DNA of 32,000 nucleotides from contig JAJPGX010000001.1 in NCBI GenBank assembly GCA_021325595.1, positions 47,491-79,490 on the forward strand, written 5' to 3'. This stretch comes from Nitrososphaerota archaeon. Lineage in GTDB: Archaea > Thermoproteota > Nitrososphaeria > Nitrososphaerales > Nitrosopumilaceae. Below, piece after piece: positions 13,277 to 21,209 of this stretch (the first letter of the stretch is position 1; the number at the start of each line of letters is the position of its first letter). Position numbers and translations under genes: made by a program. The notes under the pieces are model-generated. The model saw only the letters and a program-made list of their open reading frames with translations. It had not been told where the DNA came from and did not search any database.

Positions 13277-15326
13277 TTTCACTAGTAATGTTGGTAAGAA
13301 ATTTGTTATGAAAGTAATAATTCCTATTCTGGCCATAATACTTGTATCATCTAATGTTGCACCGACTCTTACTGTATATGCTCTTAACCCAGGACAAACC
13401 ACTACTGTTTCACCATCTGATTGTTTTGCGCCGCTCACAACTCTTCTTGGCCCTACATATCAAGGACCTGTAGTATTGGATGCATACTGGGTGGATCAAG
13501 GAACATCAAGTACCAGTACTACCGATAACAATCCTGTGAAAAAAGAGGTGGGTCCAGGAGAAGGTCCCTCAGTATTAGCTGTGGTGTTCAATAACAGGGG
13601 AACAATTGCAATACAATCGTTTACAGGTTTTCTTAACCTCCCAAATGGATTTGAACCGACCGGTGCAAGTAATAACCCCCAACTACTCCAACAATACAAT
13701 CAGGCATCCAGAGTTGCAGTCAATCCTGCAGTTGGAAGCTATTATGGAACGGTAAATCCAGGAGACTCATTTACTGTATTTTTTGATATCAACGTATTAC
13801 CAACAGCCAAAGTGGGTAATTATCCTACGACTGTAGTAGGAAATTATTATCAACAAGGTGTAATCGGACAAATGTGTACCTCAGCACTACTTAATGTTCC
13901 ACTAGTTCTTCCGGGAAAAGTAGTTCTTGACGCATCATCTGATAAATCTGTAATAGAACCACAACAACAATCTTCTATCACCATTACAATCAAAAATAAG
14001 GGCTCTGCTCCTGCAACCGGCGTTGTTGCAACAATAACCAATCTGGGAAATACCAGAGGCGGGGGTTCCTCTAGCAATGGAGGAATTACCATATCGTCTT
14101 CAACCACACAAATTGTCAACTTGGGTGCAAACACATTCAACTTGGGTACAATCCCTGCTGGTGGAGAAACTCATATCAGTACGACAGTGTATCCTGGCAC
14201 TTCTGCAAGTGGAACTACACAAGAAGTTGACTTGACAGTTACATACCAAAATGCGTGGGGCAAATTGTCCAGTATTGGATTAGTTTCTGGTATTGTTGTA
14301 TCGCCAAATCCTCCGCAATCACTTAATTTATCATATCTTGGGAACTCTACATCTCCACTAATTACTGCAGGTAAATTAGATGATCTGGATTTTGCAGTAG
14401 AAAATAATAGCACAAACGAAATGTCAAATATTATAGTATCTCTTGTACCACAATCTACCTCTGTTTCCATAGTTGGTGCATCAACATGGACAATTGCAGT
14501 AATGCATCCCGGTGATAGACAAGTTCTTGCAACCAAAGTATTTGCAGCAAATTCATTAATCAACACACCAACTGCATTTACACTTACAGCAAATTATGTA
14601 TCAAAAGGACAAACCCAAACAAATTCCTTGACGCTGGGAACATTTGTAGTTGGCGATATCAAATTACAACTTTATAGTATAACAGTAAACAGTGCTGGTG
14701 GATCTTCAAGTCTTTCTGGCAACTTGCTTAATCAAGGAAGCACTACTGGATTATTTACTACCATTGATCTTGCACCTTCGCCACTCCTGACAGCTGTGCG
14801 TGAAGCTAGAATTACAAATATGACCAATAATCATAACGGCAGTCAATCAGTTCAATTTGCACAAGCACAAGAAGGAGGTGGACAAGGCTTTGGTGGACAA
14901 GGCTTTACTAGACAAGGTGGGCCGAGAGGAAATGTTCAAACCCAACAATTCATCGGTGATCTGACTCCTGATTCTCCAATTCCATTTAGCATACCAATTA
15001 GAGGAATCAATCTACTAAAGCCAGGCATGTATCCTGTTTCTTTTAAAGTAGTATATGCAGATGATCTAAAGAACTTCCATACTGTAATATTGAATGGAAC
15101 AGTAGCTGTGGCAAGTTCTGCTCCAACTCAGCTCCGACAAAATCAATCCATATTTGATCAAATGCCATTACCAGTAATATTTGGAGTAGGTGTAGCAATA
15201 GCAGCAGGAATTGCATTCATAATAAAGAAACGAAGATCAAAGAAAAAGCTAAAAATGTTAACACAAGGAAACACAGACATAGTTTCAATATTTGATGATG
15301 TGAACAAAAAAGAACATGAATCTTAA
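13263..15326 (+). CDS. large secreted surface protein with about four CARDB/COG1361-like Ig-fold modules and a C-terminal TM anchor
   Basis: Signal peptide (alternative ATG at 13308: MKVIIPILAIILVSS...). Repeated beta-sandwich pattern, e.g. SSITITIKNKGSAPATGVVATITNLG...LGTIPAGGETHISTTVYP...VDLTVTYQN. C-terminal TM followed by KKRRSKKK. Overlaps the ATPase stop by 14 nt and the permease start by 11 nt. Confidence 0.75.
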   Translation: MSLTNFTSNVGKKFVMKVIIPILAIILVSSNVAPTLTVYALNPGQTTTVSPSDCFAPLTTLLGPTYQGPVVLDAYWVDQGTSSTSTTDNNPVKKEVGPGEGPSVLAVVFNNRGTIAIQSFTGFLNLPNGFEPTGASNNPQLLQQYNQASRVAVNPAVGSYYGTVNPGDSFTVFFDINVLPTAKVGNYPTTVVGNYYQQGVIGQMCTSALLNVPLVLPGKVVLDASSDKSVIEPQQQSSITITIKNKGSAPATGVVATITNLGNTRGGGSSSNGGITISSSTTQIVNLGANTFNLGTIPAGGETHISTTVYPGTSASGTTQEVDLTVTYQNAWGKLSSIGLVSGIVVSPNPPQSLNLSYLGNSTSPLITAGKLDDLDFAVENNSTNEMSNIIVSLVPQSTSVSIVGASTWTIAVMHPGDRQVLATKVFAANSLINTPTAFTLTANYVSKGQTQTNSLTLGTFVVGDIKLQLYSITVNSAGGSSSLSGNLLNQGSTTGLFTTIDLAPSPLLTAVREARITNMTNNHNGSQSVQFAQAQEGGGQGFGGQGFTRQGGPRGNVQTQQFIGDLTPDSPIPFSIPIRGINLLKPGMYPVSFKVVYADDLKNFHTVILNGTVAVASSAPTQLRQNQSIFDQMPLPVIFGVGVAIAAGIAFIIKKRRSKKKLKMLTQGNTDIVSIFDDVNKKEHES

Positions 15327-16554
15327 TGATCTTTTTTCATTATCTTTTGAAGCTCTAGCTGATAGAAAAATAAGGACACTACTTACTATTTTGATGGTCG
15401 TACTTGGGTGTAGTCTTGTTGTAGTATTAAATGGATTAAGTGCAGGTCAAGCAGCTTTTTTGGAAAAGCAATTCAGTACATTAGCAGCTAATGTTATCTT
15501 TGTAAATAATGGACAGCGCTCATTCAGAGGTGAGGCTCCACCAACATCTATAATCATAAACGATGTAATTCTAAGTAAGATCCGCTCTCTTTCATATGTG
15601 GAAGACGCCATACCAGAATATACCGGCTCTGTACAAATAGACGCTAATGGAAATACCCAAAGAGCTTCAATCACTGCAATGGATCCTAACAAACTAACTG
15701 TGTTATTACCAAATGTCGATTATGTTGACGGTTCTTCGGTAAAACCCTCTGATGCTTCTGCTGCACTAGTTGGTGATACAGTGGCAAACCCGCCAGGAGC
15801 TGATATTTCCTTTATCACACTGGGACAAACAATCAAAGCTACATTTAGCTATAGTGATTCTGCTGGAAAGCAAGTACAAGTTACAAGAAATTTTGTGGTC
15901 TCTGGAATTCTCAAACCTTCTGGAAATAGTATGGTAGATAGGTCTATTATCATAAATCGTGATGCTGGAAATCAGTTACTGCACAAACAAAACAAATATG
16001 ATCAGATTATAGTTGCTGCAACAACACCTGACTATGTTGATACAGTACAACAAGAAATATCAGATCAATTTGGCAAGACTCTAGGCATAACAAGCCCTAC
16101 GGCAATCATGGCAGTACGAACTCAAACAGCAAGTGGAAATGCCGCCTTTATTCTGATGGTTGGAATCATTGCGCTTGTGGTAGGTGCAGTTGGTATAGTT
16201 ACAACCCTCTACAATTCAGTAACAGAAAGAATCAAAGAAATAGGTACTATGAAGGCAATAGGAGCTCAGAATTCGACAATTCTTGCATTGTTTTTGGTAG
16301 AAGCAAGTCTGATTGGCCTGATTGGGGCTTCTCTTGGGGTAATTATTGGAGTAGTTGGCGGTTATGCACTAAGTATAGCTACAACTACTAGTGTTGCTGG
16401 GGGAGGTCCACCTACTCATATACCACCAGTCTTTGATCTAATGGATCTTGTAAAAGTGTGGTCACTTTCCTTGGTACTAAGTATAATTGCAGGGATTTAT
16501 CCTGCATGGAAAGCATCTAGGCTGTCTCCAATGGTGGCCTTGAGAAGAGACTGA
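15316..16554 (+). CDS. ABC transporter permease, FtsX/MacB family, with large extracytoplasmic domain
   Basis: N-terminus LADRKIRTLLTILMVVLGCSLVV. About 230 aa of external domain, then RIKEIGTMKAIGAQNSTILALFLVEASLIGLIGASLGVIIG and two more TM helices. Confidence 0.9.
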   Translation: MNLNDLFSLSFEALADRKIRTLLTILMVVLGCSLVVVLNGLSAGQAAFLEKQFSTLAANVIFVNNGQRSFRGEAPPTSIIINDVILSKIRSLSYVEDAIPEYTGSVQIDANGNTQRASITAMDPNKLTVLLPNVDYVDGSSVKPSDASAALVGDTVANPPGADISFITLGQTIKATFSYSDSAGKQVQVTRNFVVSGILKPSGNSMVDRSIIINRDAGNQLLHKQNKYDQIIVAATTPDYVDTVQQEISDQFGKTLGITSPTAIMAVRTQTASGNAAFILMVGIIALVVGAVGIVTTLYNSVTERIKEIGTMKAIGAQNSTILALFLVEASLIGLIGASLGVIIGVVGGYALSIATTTSVAGGGPPTHIPPVFDLMDLVKVWSLSLVLSIIAGIYPAWKASRLSPMVALRRD

Positions 16555-16680
16555 TATTTGCACTTCAATTAACTATGACCCCCAAGTTTGATATACAAAA
16601 AATTAAACATGTTTATTGCAAACGACCCAATCAGATCTTACCAACAAATTTTTAGATGATGATATAGGACTGTAGTTAGT

Positions 16681-16986
16681 TTGACTTTGGATCTCTCTAT
16701 TAAACAAAATGTTGAGAGCGCAATAAAAAACTGGTGTCCTAATGTGACAATATTGAAAAAAGGTGAAGCAAGACTCAAAAAAGTATGGAAATTTGAAAAT
16801 AGCTCTGATTTCATTTATGGTTATCTTGTTGGTCAGATGGAAGGTTACATTGCTGGTTTCATAGTAGGAAAATACGGAAAAGTGCCTACAGCTGAAGAAA
16901 ATAGAGAAATTCGTAAAATGGTTGAGATTCGTGCTATTGAGATACGTAACGTAATGCTAGGACAGGAAAAAAATATTCTAAAATAA
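16681..16986 (+). CDS. hypothetical protein
   Basis: 101-aa ORF with a TTG start. No motif recognised. Its 3' end overlaps the convergent gene by 9 nt. Confidence 0.4.
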   Translation: MTLDLSIKQNVESAIKNWCPNVTILKKGEARLKKVWKFENSSDFIYGYLVGQMEGYIAGFIVGKYGKVPTAEENREIRKMVEIRAIEIRNVMLGQEKNILK

Positions 16987-17547
16987 AACTGGCCTTTGTC
17001 TATATTGTACAAGTACCTCGTTTATTCCAGAAATTAACATACTTAATGATGGCATATTCGTTCTATTTTTAATCAAATCGGGTTTTATTATGTTCAAGTA
17101 ATGTATGTTTTTTCTTATCTGTTTTATTTTTTTTGTAGATGATACTGATGAGTTTTTTAGTTCTTTGATGTTTGCAGATATCTCACAGAGTTTTATCAAT
17201 TTAGTTTCAATTGGTGCATCTCTGAGTTGCTTTGTGTATGTTTCTTCTCTGATGGTGTTTGGTAGATTAATGTCTTTTGATAATGATAATACTATTACTG
17301 CTATTTTGGAGCCAAATATCTGATCAATTTCATCAAAAGTTGCCTTTGAGTCATTAATTGTTTGGCAAAGCAACGCTGCTGATAATATCTCCTCATCAGA
17401 TATTCCTAAATTTTTCAGTCTATCAGCTATTCCAGTCAGATATGCTTGATAAGTAATTTTATTCATTTTTACTCCGGCATATCTATTACTTAGAAAATCT
17501 CTGGCGTCTTGTAACTTGGACATTTGGTGGTTGCTTTTTAAAACCAA
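16978..17547 (-). CDS. SpoT/MESH1-type HD-fold protein with degenerate catalytic residues
   Basis: SAALLCQTINDSKATFDEIDQIFGSKIAVIVLSLSKD and KLIKLCEISANIKEL match the layout aALLHDvvEDT..t.eei...FG..va.lV..lTk and iKlADRlhNl. The HD dyad is replaced by CQ and the later Asp by Glu. TTG start at 17547, first ATG at 17523. Confidence 0.5.
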   Translation of the reverse strand: MVLKSNHQMSKLQDARDFLSNRYAGVKMNKITYQAYLTGIADRLKNLGISDEEILSAALLCQTINDSKATFDEIDQIFGSKIAVIVLSLSKDINLPNTIREETYTKQLRDAPIETKLIKLCEISANIKELKNSSVSSTKKIKQIRKNIHYLNIIKPDLIKNRTNMPSLSMLISGINEVLVQYRQRPVLF

Positions 17548-17593
17548 CTTAATCGTTCTGTTTTTGCTGTATTACGATTATTTTTCTAGTTGA

Positions 17594-18511
17594 CTAAATT
17601 TTTAGTATTCCGTTGTTTATTAAATACTCTATGCCTTTTGCAAACTCTTCATCAGTAATGGTTCCATCTGCCCACCACTTTGCATTATTTTTTATCCATG
17701 TTGGAATGTCCTTGGATTCTGGTGGTCCCACTTGACTATGTGGTACTATGACTATTCCAGTATCTATCATGTATTGTATGCCTTTGATAAAATCAGTATC
17801 AGTAATGGTTCCATCTGCCCACCACTTTGCATTATTTTTTATCCATGCTGGAATATTTGTATGTATACCTGTATTATTCGGGCCCACATAGAACGTATCA
17901 ATGGAATTTCCAAACAACACTAAATCTTGATCAAAACGCTCTGAATTACTTGTAAGAACTAGCGTATACTGATCTCCAGTATTGAGATAGTATATCATGT
18001 CTGCGCTATATGATGTTGAGTTATCTGAAGAATAAGTGGTTGATGAGAAGGTAAGCATTCTTACTCCATCTGAATATCTCTCAATTCCTGCCTTTGAAAT
18101 ATTAGTTTGTGACTCTTGAGACTTTGATGTCATTTCGCTTGTAAGCTCATCTAATACCTCCTTGTCAGTATGACTGTTTATTGCTTCAAGCACTTGATTT
18201 GAAATAGTTCTGTGAAATACGACAAATGTGGCAAGCTGACCTTTACTGTTATCTGAAAACATGGCAATTGCGCTACCGGATACATCTGTGGGAATATTTT
18301 TTAATAATTTCCAATTTGGCGGAGGTTGAATAGAAAAATGGTATTCGGAATTTTTATACGAATTTGAATCTGCAACCTTTATGGAATTTGCAAATATGGA
18401 TGTTGAATAATTAGTTGCGTATGCATAACTAAAACTCAACATTAAAATCAAAAATGAACAAAAAATTCTCTTTCCTGTAATATTATCTCTGATTATTCTT
18501 TGTAGGTTCAT
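17594..18511 (-). CDS. secreted protein with two C-terminal WIKNNAKWWADGTITD repeat modules
   Basis: I prefer ATG 18511 (MNLQRIIRDNITGKRIFCSFLILMLSFSYAYA/TN), which removes the overlap with the upstream gene. The C-terminus contains IPAWIKNNAKWWADGTITDTDFIKGIQYMIDTGIVIVP and IPTWIKNNAKWWADGTITDEEFAKGIEYLINNGILKI. There is no TM anchor. Confidence 0.75.
   Translation of the reverse strand: MNLQRIIRDNITGKRIFCSFLILMLSFSYAYATNYSTSIFANSIKVADSNSYKNSEYHFSIQPPPNWKLLKNIPTDVSGSAIAMFSDNSKGQLATFVVFHRTISNQVLEAINSHTDKEVLDELTSEMTSKSQESQTNISKAGIERYSDGVRMLTFSSTTYSSDNSTSYSADMIYYLNTGDQYTLVLTSNSERFDQDLVLFGNSIDTFYVGPNNTGIHTNIPAWIKNNAKWWADGTITDTDFIKGIQYMIDTGIVIVPHSQVGPPESKDIPTWIKNNAKWWADGTITDEEFAKGIEYLINNGILKI
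17651..17847. repeat. 50-nt perfect direct repeat with 147-nt period inside the gene above
   Basis: atcagtaatggttccatctgcccaccactttgcattattttttatccatg occurs at 17651-17700 and again at 17798-17847 with no mismatch. Confidence 0.95.
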
Positions 18512-18519
18512 GTGTGTGT

Positions 18520-18894
18520 TTAGATGAATCTTTTCACAATTGGTAAACAATTGTCTATTATTCTAAGTACCTCAGAACGAATAACATTCTTGTCGATTGA
18601 TAGCCAAACTGTGTTTTTATTAATTGTAAATGATATCGTCTGTACTTTCTCTCTTTCCTCCCACATGAACTGTACCTTTCCCAACTGCCTATCAAACTTG
18701 GCTGACATGCCAGTTTTTACTGCAAGATGAGAAAACTGATTTTGAGTGCTTTTTGTATTTAATAGTCCTTTATGCCCTATTCTTCTTTCATATGCGATTA
18801 CTTTGCCTTTACTATTGATCACGGCAACAAATCTTACATAGTTACTCATCTTACGAATTGATTTTACTATCTCATGGGCATCTTTTCTATTCAA
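18520..18894 (-). CDS. Roadblock/LC7 (MglB-like)-type small protein, paralog C
   Basis: 124 aa. VRFVAVINSKGKVIAYERR ... LGKVQFMWEEREKVQTISFTINKNTVWLSIDKNVIRSEVLRIIDNCL. Its stop is 8 nt upstream of the secreted-protein start at 18511. Confidence 0.6.
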   Translation of the reverse strand: MNRKDAHEIVKSIRKMSNYVRFVAVINSKGKVIAYERRIGHKGLLNTKSTQNQFSHLAVKTGMSAKFDRQLGKVQFMWEEREKVQTISFTINKNTVWLSIDKNVIRSEVLRIIDNCLPIVKRFI

Positions 18895-18995
18895 TAACGT
18901 CAGGTTAAAATTTTTTATTATTAAACTATTGTCTCATCTTTGCAGTCATTAAATCATGTGTTCAAGTTGGAAGTGATGGTCTTACTTTCTCATTT

Positions 18996-20216
18996 TTATA
19001 CAACAGAAATTTGTAATGTCAAAGGCGAGGAAAGTGCGTCTGGATCTACTATGCCTTGCCAAACAAAAATCTGTGCTGTGTACTTTCCAGGCAATTTTGG
19101 TTCCCAAGATTGACCTAGAGTAAGAATTTGGTTAGGTTCTAAACTCCCAGTAATCCATGATAAAGAGACTGTTATTCCACTGCTGTCTTGAACCTGCACC
19201 AGATAGGCAAAAGGCTGCTTGTTTTTTTCGTTACTTGTTATTTCAGAAACTATTTGGATCTGCTGGCCTGCTGTAACTCTGTCCAGTGAGGTTCCATTGG
19301 AATCAAGTATTCTTGGATTACTTGCAGGTGCTCTATCAAGTGGCGAAACTGTGGTACCAATTGTTGCAGTAGCATTCATTCGTAGTTCATCTGATGGTGA
19401 ATATGGAAAAGGCAAAGTCCTGTCAATATATTCTGCTGTAACTGTATCACCATCAGTAACATGTAATCTATTTCCTGAAGATTTCAAATCAGTTGTAAAA
19501 TACACCATTCCATCAAATATGCCAGTATCAGGACCAGTTTCAGTCATTGCTAATTTTATACCTCCAGTGTCACTATCTGACCAAATACTGGTCTCAAACT
19601 TGTCTACTGACTTTGGGTTTAGATTCATGTCTGGGTCTATTATCTCTACTACTCCCTGGGAATTTGTCAAATAGTTTGGCTGAAGCCATTTGATATTTCC
19701 TTCATTCCACTTGATTATAGCTGAACCGGTGACTGTCCTATCCCTTGTATATTCAAAAGATACTGTAATGCCATCATTTCCAGTACTTGGAAGAAATCCT
19801 TCTGTTGGGCCGCATACAGGTTGACATGTCGATTCTATTCCAGATGGATTTGTTCCTTGACCATCAACACCTGTAGTACCTTTTTGTGTGGGATCGCCAG
19901 TAAGTATCACGTATCCTGTAAATATTCCAGTATCTGCGCCTGTCTCCACTAGCTGATATGGTATGCTGTGCCCAGTGGTAGATACTGTAACCTTGTCATC
20001 TGAAGTAAGACCTATGACATCTATCATGTTAGGATCTGAGTTAAAGTCTGGTGCGTATACTGTGATGTATACTTGGTCAGTCCAGCCAAATACTTTTTTA
20101 TTAAAATGGATGGGCCCTGAACTAGTTCCATCTATTTGGATACTGGTCTGTGAAAATGCCATCTGGGGAACAAGAAGTAAGGCCATCAAAATCATGATTA
20201 TAGTCGTATTTCTCAA
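18996..20216 (-). CDS. secreted beta-rich surface protein with duplicated ETGxDTGIF modules
   Basis: TTG start. Signal peptide MRNTTIIMILMALLLVPQMAFS/QT. The modules are LVETGADTGIFTGYVILTGD and MTETGPDTGIFDGMVYFTTD. No C-terminal TM. Confidence 0.7.
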   Translation of the reverse strand: MRNTTIIMILMALLLVPQMAFSQTSIQIDGTSSGPIHFNKKVFGWTDQVYITVYAPDFNSDPNMIDVIGLTSDDKVTVSTTGHSIPYQLVETGADTGIFTGYVILTGDPTQKGTTGVDGQGTNPSGIESTCQPVCGPTEGFLPSTGNDGITVSFEYTRDRTVTGSAIIKWNEGNIKWLQPNYLTNSQGVVEIIDPDMNLNPKSVDKFETSIWSDSDTGGIKLAMTETGPDTGIFDGMVYFTTDLKSSGNRLHVTDGDTVTAEYIDRTLPFPYSPSDELRMNATATIGTTVSPLDRAPASNPRILDSNGTSLDRVTAGQQIQIVSEITSNEKNKQPFAYLVQVQDSSGITVSLSWITGSLEPNQILTLGQSWEPKLPGKYTAQIFVWQGIVDPDALSSPLTLQISVV

Positions 20217-20393
20217 ATGTATGACAATCTAGTTATGAGCCAGTCATAAACATTAAGATGATTTGTAGTATGACTTGAGAAATGTTCAAACTATAATATC
20301 TGTGTCATAGACGCATACAAAACAATCTCATGTTTTCATACAAAGCATTTGAGCCATAGATGTGAAAATACTCACACCGTTTGATATTAAAAA

Positions 20394-20552
20394 ATGATGC
20401 AAGACAAATTCATGTCAACTGAAAACATATCTGTTGAAGAAATGTACAAAGTATTAGAAGAATTAGGTGTAAAGAGAGAAACACTTGAAAAACTACATCC
20501 AAGCTCAAAGACATTATCCCATTTGTATTCGTCAATAAAAAAACAAAACTAG
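20394..20552 (+). CDS. possible 52-aa mini-protein (not in ORF track)
   Basis: Hand translation gives MMQDKFMSTENISVEEMYKVLEELGVKRETLEKLHPSSKTLSHLYSSIKKQN followed by a stop. It sits in a 381-bp gap. No family evidence. Confidence 0.3.
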   Translation: MMQDKFMSTENISVEEMYKVLEELGVKRETLEKLHPSSKTLSHLYSSIKKQN

Positions 20553-20597
20553 TAAATTCTGAAGTTTCTTATTTGGGTTGTATTGGGCATCTAAAAT

Positions 20598-21164
20598 ATG
20601 GTAAAACTGTATCTTGTACGTGGGCCGATCATTGCGGCTATCGCATTGGTGGTACTTGTGCTGGGAGCTACACTTTTTGATAACTCATACCAAAATGTAG
20701 AATCTCTTCTGAAAACCAAATACGATATAGCACAATCCAAAATAATTTTAGCAGGCCAATCAGTAAATTACACTCTATCCAATGATCAATTAAAGGAGCA
20801 TAGTGTCATTGTTATACACGTAAGACCTACCACACAGCTTGTAAAATTTGAAGTAATAGAACCAAATGGCATGACATTTGAAAAAGAAAGTAAAGATGGA
20901 TTTCTCTATCATATAATACAAAAGAATAACCAGGATGAGAATTATCCTATCAAAATATCTAATATTGGGTCTGAAACTGTACAAATTGATGCCATGGTGT
21001 CAGAAGATCCATTTCTGAGTGGGCACTGTGATGCATCCTTTGGAATAGGGTGTAGCATGGTGAATCTGGCCATTGGTCTTGTAATATCTGGGATAATTGG
21101 TTTTATCGTAGGAATACTTATTGGAATATCTGACTTGAAAAAAGAAAAAAAATTACAAAAATAG
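20598..21164 (+). CDS. bitopic membrane protein with N- and C-terminal TM helices flanking a ~120-aa beta-rich external domain
   Basis: N-terminal TM GPIIAAIALVVLVLGATLF. C-terminal TM LAIGLVISGIIGFIVGILIGI followed by KKEKK. Confidence 0.6.
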   Translation: MVKLYLVRGPIIAAIALVVLVLGATLFDNSYQNVESLLKTKYDIAQSKIILAGQSVNYTLSNDQLKEHSVIVIHVRPTTQLVKFEVIEPNGMTFEKESKDGFLYHIIQKNNQDENYPIKISNIGSETVQIDAMVSEDPFLSGHCDASFGIGCSMVNLAIGLVISGIIGFIVGILIGISDLKKEKKLQK

Positions 21165-21209
21165 AATATCTTCCAATAATTTTATCAAGGCAGAGATCTA
21201 TAAGTTATC

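Noticed and set aside
12514-15692. Six minus-strand ORFs inside the ABC operon (12514-12780, 13229-13438, 13496-13699, 13850-14140, 14171-14566, 15447-15692)
   Set aside because: All are antisense shadows of three strongly supported, translationally coupled plus-strand genes.
16644-16680. C-box-like AUGAUGA (agatgatgat), considered as a C/D-box sRNA. A similar AUGAUGC...CUGA occurs at 20393-20419.
   Set aside because: No properly spaced D'/C'/D (CUGA) boxes follow within 50-70 nt. The second candidate lies inside a plausible mini-ORF. A dedicated snoRNA scan could still find weak ones.
17105-18730. ORFs 17105-17323(+), 17732-17923(+) and 18524-18730(+)
   Set aside because: They are antisense to the HD-like, KWWA-repeat and Roadblock-like genes, and their translations are Phe/Ile/Cys-rich noise.
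19219-20232. ORFs 19219-19674(+) and 19963-20232(+)
   Set aside because: They are antisense to the 406-aa secreted protein, which has a clean signal peptide and repeated modules.
20598-21164. Resemblance of the external domain (ILAGQSVNYTL...VKFEVIEPNGMTF...GFLYHII...YPIKISNIGS) to a GOLD/p24-like beta-sandwich
   Set aside because: It is only a loose strand-pattern impression. The N-terminal TM plus C-terminal TM topology differs, and I cannot support it without a profile or structure search.
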